Assembly: GCA_016703425.1 (NCBI GenBank)
Contig: JADJCA010000011.1
Location: 1-58,049 of the forward strand
Length of the DNA: 58,049 nucleotides
From: Myxococcales bacterium
GTDB taxonomy: Bacteria > Myxococcota_A > Polyangia > Polyangiales > Polyangiaceae
Direction of reading: 5' to 3'
The notes under the pieces were generated by a model. The model was not told where the DNA came from. It worked only from the letters and a program-made list of their open reading frames with translations, and made no database searches. A program made the translations under genes and the position numbers. This document shows, piece after piece, positions 47,705 through 55,580 of this stretch (the first letter of the stretch is position 1; each line of letters begins with the position of its first letter).

Positions 47705-48847
47705 ATGGACGTCCCCTACGTACGCGGCAAGGTTGCGCTTCAGGCCCACGTCGGTCTCCCGGAAGGGAGCGTCGAGGAGGAGTACGCACGAAACGGCTTC
47801 TTCGGCCGCTACGCGCACCTCTATCGAAAACACGCGCCGGTGGGCTGGACGCGCATCGAAGGGCCGCTCAAGCCGCGCCTCTACGACCTCTCGGAAGGTC
47901 CGAACCGCGGCGAGCCGGCGGCGGTCGCTGCTTCGCAGAGCGGTGACCTCGTGGGCGCCCGTGTCACGATCCTGGAGAACGCCGACGTCCGCGTTCAGCT
48001 CGCGACGCTGGAGGCGCCGACGCCGTATTTCTTCCGCAACGCCGACGCCGACGATCTCTTCTTCGTCCACGCGGGCGCCGGCCGTCTCGAGACGGACTTC
48101 GGGCCCCTCACCTACCAGAAGGGCGACTACCTCCTCGTTCCGCGAGGCACCGCGTACCGCTTCGCGCCGACGAGCAAGACGGCGCTCTTGGCCGTGGAGT
48201 CGATGGGCGAGCTTGCCGTGCCGGATCGGGGCATGCTCGGTCAGCACGCGCTCTTCGACCCGGCCGTGCTCGTCGTGCCGACGCCCGGTGAAGGCACAGC
48301 GCTCGCCGCCGTAAACGGTGAATACGAGCTCCGCATCCAGCGCTGCGGCGAGCTCACGCGGGTCTTCTACCCCTTCTCACCCATCGAGACGGTCGGCTGG
48401 AAGGGCACGCTCGCGCCCATGAAGCTCGCCGTGAACGACATCCGGCCCGTCAGCTCCGATCGGTACCACCTGCCGCCGAGCGCGCACACGACGTTCCTCG
48501 CGCCGGCCGTCGTCGTTTGCACCTTCGCGCCGCGCCCGCTCGAGAACGGCGATCCAACGGCGCTGAAGGTCCCCTTCTTTCACTCGAACATCGACTTCGA
48601 CGAGGTGCTCTTCTACCACGCAGGCGAGTTCTTCAGCCGCGCCGGCGTAGGCGCTGGGATGATGACCTTCCACCCGCAAGGCATTCATCACGGCCCGCAG
48701 GCGAAGGCCGAGGCGCGGTCGAAGACGGCCACGGCGACGAGCGAGATCGCGATCATGATCGACACGAAAAGGCCGCTCTTTCCGTCGAAGACGGCGGGCG
48801 CCTTCGAGGTCGAGAACTACTGGAAGAGCTGGCAGGAATCGAAATGA
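47705..48847 (+). CDS. hmgA: homogentisate 1,2-dioxygenase
   Basis: 381 aa, a short form. Cupin-like core with ...FRNADADDLFFVHAGAG..., ...FFHSNIDFDEVLFYHAGEF... and ...MTFHPQGIHHGP..., resembling HGD metal-binding segments. Its stop overlaps the hppD start (ATGA). Confidence 0.75.
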   Translation: MDVPYVRGKVALQAHVGLPEGSVEEEYARNGFFGRYAHLYRKHAPVGWTRIEGPLKPRLYDLSEGPNRGEPAAVAASQSGDLVGARVTILENADVRVQLATLEAPTPYFFRNADADDLFFVHAGAGRLETDFGPLTYQKGDYLLVPRGTAYRFAPTSKTALLAVESMGELAVPDRGMLGQHALFDPAVLVVPTPGEGTALAAVNGEYELRIQRCGELTRVFYPFSPIETVGWKGTLAPMKLAVNDIRPVSSDRYHLPPSAHTTFLAPAVVVCTFAPRPLENGDPTALKVPFFHSNIDFDEVLFYHAGEFFSRAGVGAGMMTFHPQGIHHGPQAKAEARSKTATATSEIAIMIDTKRPLFPSKTAGAFEVENYWKSWQESK

Positions 48848-49932
48848 ACTCCACGACCATGAACACGAAGAACCCCTGCGGCGTTCGCGGCATCGCGTAC
48901 ATCGAGTTCTGCTCGCCCGAGCCCGACGCGATCCACCGGTTGCTGCTGGACTTCGGCTTCTCGCGGACGATGCGGCACCAAGCGAAGGCCATCGACCTCT
49001 ACGAGCAGCATGGCATCACGTTCCTCCTGAACCGCGAGCCTCGGAGCTTCGGCGCGGCCTTCGCGAGCCAACACGGCCCGTCGATCTGTTCGATGGGTTG
49101 GCTCGTCGACGATCCGGTGCGTGCCCTCGGCACCGCGAAGGAGCGGGGCGCTCGCCCCATGATGGAGAGCGATCTCAGCGAGACGCGGGGAGCCCACGCC
49201 GGCGCGGGGATTCCGTCGGTCTACGGCATCGGCGATAGCCTGATCACGTTCGTGGGGAGCACCACGAGCGCCCCCAAGGACATCGGCCGCACCCTCGGCT
49301 TCGTCGCGCTCGACAAGCCGGACCGCGTCGCCGACAAGGGATTTCTGACCATCGACCACCTGACGAACAACGTCGCGAAGGGCACGATGGGGCGCTGGGC
49401 CAGCTTCTACAAAGACGTCTTTGGCTTCACCGAGGTGAGGTACTTCGACATTCGCGGCGTCAAGACGGGGCTCACGTCGTATGCGCTCCGCTCCCCCTGC
49501 GGCACCTTCGCGATCCCCATCAACGAAGCCGACGAAGCGAAGAGCCAGATCAACGAATACCTGGAGGAGTACAAGGGCCCCGGGATCCAGCACGTGGCCT
49601 TCTTGACGTCCGACATCCTCGCGTCACTGCGAGGCCTCGACGGCACTGCGCTGGAGTTCCTCGATATCGACGACGAGTACTACCGGGGCGTCTTCGACCG
49701 CGTGCCTAACGTGAAGGAAGACCGCGCCGAGCTCCAGAAGCGCAACGTCCTCGTCGACGGCGACGCCGACGGCTACCTGCTCCAGATCTTCACCAAGAAC
49801 ATCGTGGGCCCCATCTTCGTGGAGCTGATCCAGCGGCAGAACCACCTGTCCTTCGGCGAGGGCAACTTCACCGCGCTCTTCCGATCGATCGAGCGGGATC
49901 AGGCGAAGCGCGGCGTCTTCGAAGGGGCGTAG
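48844..49932 (+). CDS. hppD: 4-hydroxyphenylpyruvate dioxygenase
   Basis: 362 aa. Two VOC-fold modules. The C-terminal signature ...GPIFVELIQRQNHLSFGEGNFTALFRSIE matches the HPPD consensus (F.E.IQR....GFG.GNF.ALF..IE). Confidence 0.9.
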   Translation: MNSTTMNTKNPCGVRGIAYIEFCSPEPDAIHRLLLDFGFSRTMRHQAKAIDLYEQHGITFLLNREPRSFGAAFASQHGPSICSMGWLVDDPVRALGTAKERGARPMMESDLSETRGAHAGAGIPSVYGIGDSLITFVGSTTSAPKDIGRTLGFVALDKPDRVADKGFLTIDHLTNNVAKGTMGRWASFYKDVFGFTEVRYFDIRGVKTGLTSYALRSPCGTFAIPINEADEAKSQINEYLEEYKGPGIQHVAFLTSDILASLRGLDGTALEFLDIDDEYYRGVFDRVPNVKEDRAELQKRNVLVDGDADGYLLQIFTKNIVGPIFVELIQRQNHLSFGEGNFTALFRSIERDQAKRGVFEGA

Positions 49933-50001
49933 GCACCGAAGACTAGGAGGGTTGGCGACTTCGGTGTGTCGTTGGTGCGAGCTTGCGCAATGTCGGCCTC
50001 G

Positions 50002-50532
50002 TCAATCCGGCGGCGGCGGCAGGCCGTAGAGCGCACCGACGCCACCCGAGTCCTTGACGAGGATCCCACCGTCGTCGATGCCACTGTCGAGCGCCGGCAG
50101 GCCATAGAGCGGCTGCACGTTGGCGTCGTGACCGCCGCCGTCGAGGGCGCCGGCGTCGGGCGGAGGTGGCAAGCCGTAGAGCGCGACCACACCACCGTCG
50201 TCTTTCGGACCGGAGTCCTTGAGAAGCCCCGCGTCGGATGCGCCACCCCCATCCGCGGTGCCGCCACCGCCACCGTCGGAGCTTCCGCCGTTGCCGGCGT
50301 CGCCTGTGCCACCGTCGCCGATCGTGCCGTCGCCGGACGTGCCGCCGCACGCGGCCACCGTGAGGGCCGCCGCGAACGTGAACGTCGCCCACCGGTCGAG
50401 TCGCTTGGTCGACCCCGGCACCGCACGGGCTCCGAAGCCTGCGGGGACGGCGTTTTGACAGAAGGGGCACGCGTCGTGATGCGTGCCGATGTGGCGCTGG
50501 CACTGGGGACAGGGGACGAGCGTCATGAACAC
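50002..50532 (-). CDS. zinc-ribbon (zf-HC2-like) membrane-anchored protein with Gly/Asp-rich region and (A/P)LYGLPxxxD repeats. Possibly anti-sigma-factor-like.
   Basis: N-terminus CPQCQRHIGTHHDACPFCQ (C-x2-C ... H-x3-C-x2-C). TM segment WATFTFAAALTVAAC. Low-complexity GDGGTGDAGNGGSSDGGGGG. Three repeats: ALYGLPPPPD, PLYGLPALD, ALYGLPPPPD. Confidence 0.5.
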   Translation of the reverse strand: MFMTLVPCPQCQRHIGTHHDACPFCQNAVPAGFGARAVPGSTKRLDRWATFTFAAALTVAACGGTSGDGTIGDGGTGDAGNGGSSDGGGGGTADGGGASDAGLLKDSGPKDDGGVVALYGLPPPPDAGALDGGGHDANVQPLYGLPALDSGIDDGGILVKDSGGVGALYGLPPPPD

Positions 50533-50644
50533 CTCGGAGCCCTAGGATGATGCAGCAGCGGCCCGTCGTCCAAGGGGGTTCTTCGGGGCCCTGATTTTGG
50601 CCCTGAAGCCTGGCCACGAGCGGCCACGCGCCGCGCCTCGAGCG

Positions 50645-51316
50645 TCAGTTCAGCTTGGTGAGCTCGCAGCCGTAAAACGCGGCGCCTACATCGCCGGTCA
50701 TCTGCACCGACTGGTTCACGCGGTCAGACTTGAACGTGTAGAGGTAGTGGCCGTCTTCGCCGCTCAGCGACTGCGTCGCCTCACCGCGCTTGACCTTGAC
50801 CGTGAGCGGCCCGCCCCAAACCACCTGGAATCTACAATCAAGCAGGTAGAGCTTGTCCTTCTCGGAGGGAAACTCGACGGTCACTTGATACTTGCCGTTG
50901 GGAGGATTCGTCATCGAGTAGGCGCCGTCGGGCATGACGCTCGAAGGCGAGACGAACATGAGCGGACCGGCGTACCCGATCTTCATGCCACCGGTGTGCA
51001 GCGGAGCGGCGGGCGTCACCTTCATTTGCGGCGGCGGCGGGGGCGCCGCGAGGGCGGCGATGTTCATCACCTTGAGCGCCTTGTTGAGAAACTCCACCTT
51101 CTTGAGCGGCGCGAGCGGCGGGCTCGCCGGCTTCGGCGGGGGCATCTCGGCAGACACGTAGGGCGCGGCGCTCATGCTCGGAGACGACGGTCCAGCGGGG
51201 AGCGGCCCGCGCGCGTCGACGGGCTTCAGCACGGGACCGTCGGCTGAAACCGCGGCGGCGGCGAGGAACGTGGAGAGAGCGGCGGCGCAGGCGACGGAGA
51301 CGGCGCGTTTCGGCAT
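50645..51316 (-). CDS. secreted protein, function unknown
   Basis: Signal peptide MPKRAVSVACAAALSTFLAAAAVSADG. Pro-rich linker. C-terminal beta-rich domain (YQVTVEFPSEKDKLYLLDCRFQVVWGGPLTVKVK). Confidence 0.5.
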   Translation of the reverse strand: MPKRAVSVACAAALSTFLAAAAVSADGPVLKPVDARGPLPAGPSSPSMSAAPYVSAEMPPPKPASPPLAPLKKVEFLNKALKVMNIAALAAPPPPPQMKVTPAAPLHTGGMKIGYAGPLMFVSPSSVMPDGAYSMTNPPNGKYQVTVEFPSEKDKLYLLDCRFQVVWGGPLTVKVKRGEATQSLSGEDGHYLYTFKSDRVNQSVQMTGDVGAAFYGCELTKLN

Positions 51317-51363
51317 CGTCGTGGTTTAGCCACCTCGCGCGGGCGGGGCAAGGCTCGGCCGCC

Positions 51364-53184
51364 TCAGGCCTCGCGAACGCTCGCGAGCGACCCGCCCGGC
51401 GCACTCCAGAGGCGCGCCGCCTCCGCCTCAATGGCCTCTTGGAGCGCGGGGTCGACGCCCGCCGGAAAGAGAGCGTGGGGCGCGCGGCCCGACACGTCCT
51501 TGTCGAGGCGAATGCCCTCGAGCGGCGCGCCGGGGAACGTTCGCAGGAGGTCTTTGGTCATGCGCTGCTCGACGCGCGTGAGGAGCTTCGCGTACGTGGC
51601 GTCGTCGAGCGACTTCATGAGCGCGACGGTGGGAAAGTCGATGGCCTTGAGCACCGCGTCGCGGTCGGCGACGTCTTCGCCGGTGACGCGCGCCAAGATG
51701 CTCGCGAAGGTGCTCCCGTAACACTTCTGGACCTGCGCCTTGCGGAACTCCTTGTCCATGGGGCCGAACAAGTGCTTCTCGAACTGGCTCACGCCCCAGA
51801 TGCCGTCGGCGAAATGGCCGCGATTTTGCCCGAAATATTCGCCCTTTTCGCGAAGGTGCTCGGCCATGGCCCGGAGCTGCGTGGCCATGTTGGCCTGCGC
51901 TTCGAGAACGCGATCGGCGAGCCTCAGGTCATCGGCCACCCAGTCGACGTCGCGGAGCTTGTCGCTCAGGAACGGCCAGACCATGACGTTGTAGTAGTTG
52001 TTGAAGTCGAGCAGGAACTTGAGCCGGAAGACCTCGTAGCAGCCGAAGATCGGGTAGAGCTTCGCGTAGAGGCTGAGCGTCAGCTCGTACTTGAACTTGT
52101 AGTAGGCGTTGTAGGTCTGGATCTTCTTCTCGAAGACTGCCGTGTCGCCGGCGAGCTCCGACTCGATCATCGAGACGATGAACTCGTTGGCCGTCGCGAT
52201 GAAATCCGAGCCCGGGCTGTAGAACGGATCGACGAAGGCGCCGGCCTCGCCGGTCAGCGCCCAGCGATCCTTCGAGAAGTATTGCTCGGTGTAATACGGC
52301 AGGTGCGCGTAAGCCTGAAAGTCGACGAACTCGGCGCCTTGCATCAGGTCGCGTGACGACCGGTGCGAGTTCAAGAACGCCTCGAAGGCCTCCTTCTTCC
52401 GGATCGTGTCGCCGATGCGCTCCTTGTCATAGACCGCACCGACGCTCATCACGTCACCGGCCAGCGGGATGAACCAGATCCAGTAGCCGTCGTACATCAT
52501 GTGGTTCGTCGACAGATGGCGCGACGTCCATCGCACGCGGCCACGCCACGCGGGGTCCGTTGATGCGGCGTCGAGGCCGGCCACGTTCTTGTATCGCCCC
52601 CAGGCGGCGGCCGTTTGCAGGCGCATCTCCTTGTGCACCTTCATGCCCAAGCTTCGCGGAATCACGTGGCGGCGCCCCGTGGCGTCGACGACCCAGCGAG
52701 CCGTGACTTCAAACTTCTCACCGCCCTGCTCAAAGACGACGGTGTGCGCGCTCGTCGCGTCGATGGTCACGCCTTGGACCTTGGCGCCGAGCCGAAAATC
52801 GACCCCGACGGCGCGGTTCAGCGGCACGAGATCGCGCTCGAGGGCGGCCCGATCGAGCTGGAAGCTCGGAACGTGTGGAAAGCGCGTGGAGCCGATTTCG
52901 CTCATCTCCGGAAGCGGCAGGTCCTTTGCTTCCGTGTCGAAGAAGAAGCGCAGCCCGTTTTTCGGCAGTTGATGCTGGTAGAGGTACGACGACAGCCCGA
53001 GGCGACGAATCATGTAATTCGCAGCCACCTCGACGGTGGACTCGCCGACCTTGAAGTCGTCGATGACCTCCTTGGCCTCGAGGCAAAGAACCGAGAGCTC
53101 AGGACGAACGAGCTTCAGGTGGCGCGCGAGAAACGCTCCGGCGATTCCACCGCCCAACACGACCACGTCGAATGACTGTGACAT
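51364..53184 (-). CDS. flavin-dependent halogenase-family protein (tryptophan-halogenase-like FAD enzyme)
   Basis: N-terminal FAD motif VVVLGGGIAGAFLA. The halogenase-family hallmark GYWIWFIPL (WxWxIP). Second FAD motif GEAGAFVDPFYSPGSD. 606 aa, longer than PrnA-type enzymes. I could not align the catalytic Lys (K79 of PrnA) with confidence. Confidence 0.7.
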   Translation of the reverse strand: MSQSFDVVVLGGGIAGAFLARHLKLVRPELSVLCLEAKEVIDDFKVGESTVEVAANYMIRRLGLSSYLYQHQLPKNGLRFFFDTEAKDLPLPEMSEIGSTRFPHVPSFQLDRAALERDLVPLNRAVGVDFRLGAKVQGVTIDATSAHTVVFEQGGEKFEVTARWVVDATGRRHVIPRSLGMKVHKEMRLQTAAAWGRYKNVAGLDAASTDPAWRGRVRWTSRHLSTNHMMYDGYWIWFIPLAGDVMSVGAVYDKERIGDTIRKKEAFEAFLNSHRSSRDLMQGAEFVDFQAYAHLPYYTEQYFSKDRWALTGEAGAFVDPFYSPGSDFIATANEFIVSMIESELAGDTAVFEKKIQTYNAYYKFKYELTLSLYAKLYPIFGCYEVFRLKFLLDFNNYYNVMVWPFLSDKLRDVDWVADDLRLADRVLEAQANMATQLRAMAEHLREKGEYFGQNRGHFADGIWGVSQFEKHLFGPMDKEFRKAQVQKCYGSTFASILARVTGEDVADRDAVLKAIDFPTVALMKSLDDATYAKLLTRVEQRMTKDLLRTFPGAPLEGIRLDKDVSGRAPHALFPAGVDPALQEAIEAEAARLWSAPGGSLASVREA

Positions 53185-53256
53185 GCGGGCACCATAGCGC
53201 GCCGATGGCCTGTCGTCAGTCGTGCCCCGCGAGGTTTCGAAGGCGTGGGTCCCCCA

Positions 53257-55290
53257 TCACCGGTCGAGGAGAAACCGCACCCTGCGCAGGAGCTCGTCGG
53301 CCCGGAAGGGCTTCGCTAGGAACGCCGCTCGATCGTCGACGAGCATGGTCTCGCGCTCGGCGCCCTCCGGGGCGTAGCCCGACACGAACAAGACGCGCAG
53401 CTCCGCTCGTGCCGCCATAAGCCGGCGCGCCAGCTCCACGCCGCCCATCTTGGGCATCACCAGGTCGGTCACGAGCAGCGACACGGTCCGCTTGCCGCTC
53501 TCCACGAGGTCGAGCGCTTCAAGCGGGTCGGCGGCCGCGATGACGCGATAGCCAGCGTCGGCGAGCACCTCCGCCACAGCGTTGCGAAGCTCGACCTCAT
53601 CCTCCACGAGCAGGAGCGTCTCGGTGCCGTGCTCCGACTTCGCCGGCGAGAGCTCCTTCGTCGAGACAAGGTCGGCGTCGCCCGACTCGAGGGGAAAGTA
53701 CACGCGAAACGAGGTGCCCGCGCCCGGTGCGCTGTCGACGACGATGCCTCCATCACATTGCTGCACGACCCCGTAAACGGTCGCCAGGCCGAGCCCCGTC
53801 CCTTTGCCCTCGGGCTTCGTCGTGAAGAACGGGTCGAACATCTTGCTCTGCGTCTCGTCGTCAATGCCGGAGCCGGTGTCGGCGACCGTCAAGAGCGCGT
53901 AGCTGCGGGGCCGCAAGTCGCCGGAGAGCGTGCGCATTGGCGCCTCGAGGCGGACCTGCCCCGTCGCCAGCGTCAAGGTGCCACCGCTTGGCATCGCGTC
54001 GCGCGCGTTGACGACGAGGTTCATGACCACCTGTTCGATCTGACCGCGATCGGCGCGAATGGTCGTCGCCTCGCCTCCGCTTGGCGCGACGAGCGACAGC
54101 TCCACGTCGGCACCGATGAGCGGCACGAGCGTCGCCGCCAGATCGCGGACGACCGCCGTGAGGTCGATGCGGTCGCGTCCCAAGACCTGCCCACGGCTAA
54201 AGGCGAGGAGCTGGGCCGTGAGGGCCGTAGCCCGTTCGCCGGCTTTGCGCATCTCCGCGAGGTCGACGAAGGCCGCGTCGCCCTTGGGCACGTGGGCCGC
54301 GAGGCGCCGCTCGAGCAGCGTCGCGCGCGTCATGAGGATCGCCAGGAGGTTGTTGAAGTCGTGGGCGATCCCGCCAGAGAGGCGTCCGAGGGCCTCGAGC
54401 TTGTGGGCCTGCCGCAGCTGCTTTGCGATCTTCTCCCTCTCGAGCATCTGCCGCCGCAGGAGCGAATTGGCGCGCACCAGCTCGGCGGTGCGCTCGTCGA
54501 CGCGACGCTCGAGCTCGGCCTGCGAACGACGCAGCTCCTCCTCAACGCGCTTGCGAGAGAAGAAGTCCGGGATCTCGGGCGGCGCCGTGGCCGAAGGCGC
54601 GGGACGCGACGCCATGAAGCGGCGCGTGTGGTCCTCGATGCGATGGGGCGGGGCCATGATGAAGCGGCACGCCTCGTCGCCGCGGGCCCGGCAGAGGACC
54701 TCGACGGCAACGAGCACGCGATCGAACGCCGCCTCGCACCACCCCGACGAGTAGCCGGCGTTCATGATGCAGACGGGGAAGGTCTTGTGCCGTTGGGCCG
54801 GCGGCGACTCGGCGTCCCTCCGCGTCAGCCAGGCGTCCGCCTCGAACGAATAGGGATGGTCGTAGAGCAAGAAGAAGTCGTCGCCAGCGCTGGGATTCGA
54901 GTCGGGGTGGATGTCGACGAAGGCCCAACCGGCGTGCGCGAAATGCACGGGCCCGGCGCTCAAGCGCTCCAACGGATCGTCGACGCCCATTTTTCGCGCA
55001 AAGTCTGCCGCGTCGGACCGCCCGAGCGCGTGGGCTAAATCGAAGAGGATGTTGCGCGAAAACGAGCTGGCCTCGGCTTCGCGACCCGGGCCGTAAAGAT
55101 CCTCGACGAGGCCGAAAAACTCGACGGAGAGCGACGACGCCCGAATCAAGACATAACGCTCGCCGGCGATCTCAAGCTTGCCTTGCGACGGGTCGAAGAG
55201 GCGCTGCCGAAAGTAGGCCGAAACGAGCGCTTCGGCCTTCTCGAACGCCCCCGTCATGGGGGTCGGCACGCGCACCGTCCGAAGCGTCAT
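53257..55290 (-). CDS. hybrid sensor histidine kinase/response regulator with N-terminal XylR-N/V4R-type ligand-binding domain
   Basis: The N-terminus ...[16 protein letters not shown]...[42 protein letters not shown] fits the V4R (4-vinyl-reductase) pattern GY..GW...........E..C...GD..C.F. This is followed by a coiled coil, HisKA ([11 protein letters not shown]), HATPase_c ([26 protein letters not shown]) and a C-terminal REC (LLLVEDE...LLVTDLVMP...LFVSGY). Confidence 0.85.
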   Translation of the reverse strand: MTLRTVRVPTPMTGAFEKAEALVSAYFRQRLFDPSQGKLEIAGERYVLIRASSLSVEFFGLVEDLYGPGREAEASSFSRNILFDLAHALGRSDAADFARKMGVDDPLERLSAGPVHFAHAGWAFVDIHPDSNPSAGDDFFLLYDHPYSFEADAWLTRRDAESPPAQRHKTFPVCIMNAGYSSGWCEAAFDRVLVAVEVLCRARGDEACRFIMAPPHRIEDHTRRFMASRPAPSATAPPEIPDFFSRKRVEEELRRSQAELERRVDERTAELVRANSLLRRQMLEREKIAKQLRQAHKLEALGRLSGGIAHDFNNLLAILMTRATLLERRLAAHVPKGDAAFVDLAEMRKAGERATALTAQLLAFSRGQVLGRDRIDLTAVVRDLAATLVPLIGADVELSLVAPSGGEATTIRADRGQIEQVVMNLVVNARDAMPSGGTLTLATGQVRLEAPMRTLSGDLRPRSYALLTVADTGSGIDDETQSKMFDPFFTTKPEGKGTGLGLATVYGVVQQCDGGIVVDSAPGAGTSFRVYFPLESGDADLVSTKELSPAKSEHGTETLLLVEDEVELRNAVAEVLADAGYRVIAAADPLEALDLVESGKRTVSLLVTDLVMPKMGGVELARRLMAARAELRVLFVSGYAPEGAERETMLVDDRAAFLAKPFRADELLRRVRFLLDR

Positions 55291-55376
55291 GGATGGCGAT
55301 GATCGACCGCGTGAGGCCCTTGTGCAAGCGAACCCCCTTGAACTCTTGGCGGATTGTGCAACAAACTCCGTCAATC

Positions 55377-55580
55377 ATGAGCGATGCGGCCCCCAAGACG
55401 ACGGACAAGCGAAAGCAGAGCCTCTACTTCCCCGCCGAGATGCTCTCGGAGATGCAGGGTGAGGCGCACCGCCTGAGCCGCTCGCTCTCGTGGGTCGTCC
55501 AGCGAGCGTGGAAGGTCGCGCGCAAAGACATCCGCACGATGCCCGGCACCACGACGCCCGAACGCGCCGACGGCACCTGA
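55377..55580 (+). CDS. small ribbon-helix-helix (CopG/Arc/MetJ-type) DNA-binding protein
   Basis: 67 aa. MSDAAPKTTDKRKQSLYFPAEMLSEMQGEAHRLSRSLSWVVQRAWKVARKDI.... KRKQSLYFP is a beta-strand followed by two helices, the typical RHH layout. It is divergent from the V4R kinase gene. Confidence 0.55.
   Translation: MSDAAPKTTDKRKQSLYFPAEMLSEMQGEAHRLSRSLSWVVQRAWKVARKDIRTMPGTTTPERADGT

Noticed and set aside
51364-53184. Secondary-metabolite biosynthetic gene cluster around the halogenase-like gene
   Set aside because: No PKS/NRPS, carrier protein, flavin reductase, tailoring or transporter genes within the visible flanks. The neighbours are signalling and catabolic genes.
55377-55580. Type II toxin–antitoxin pair (RHH antitoxin plus toxin)
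   Set aside because: No ParE/RelE/PIN/MazF-like small ORF follows. The downstream gene is a 640-aa membrane sulfatase-family enzyme, so a solitary RHH regulator is more likely.
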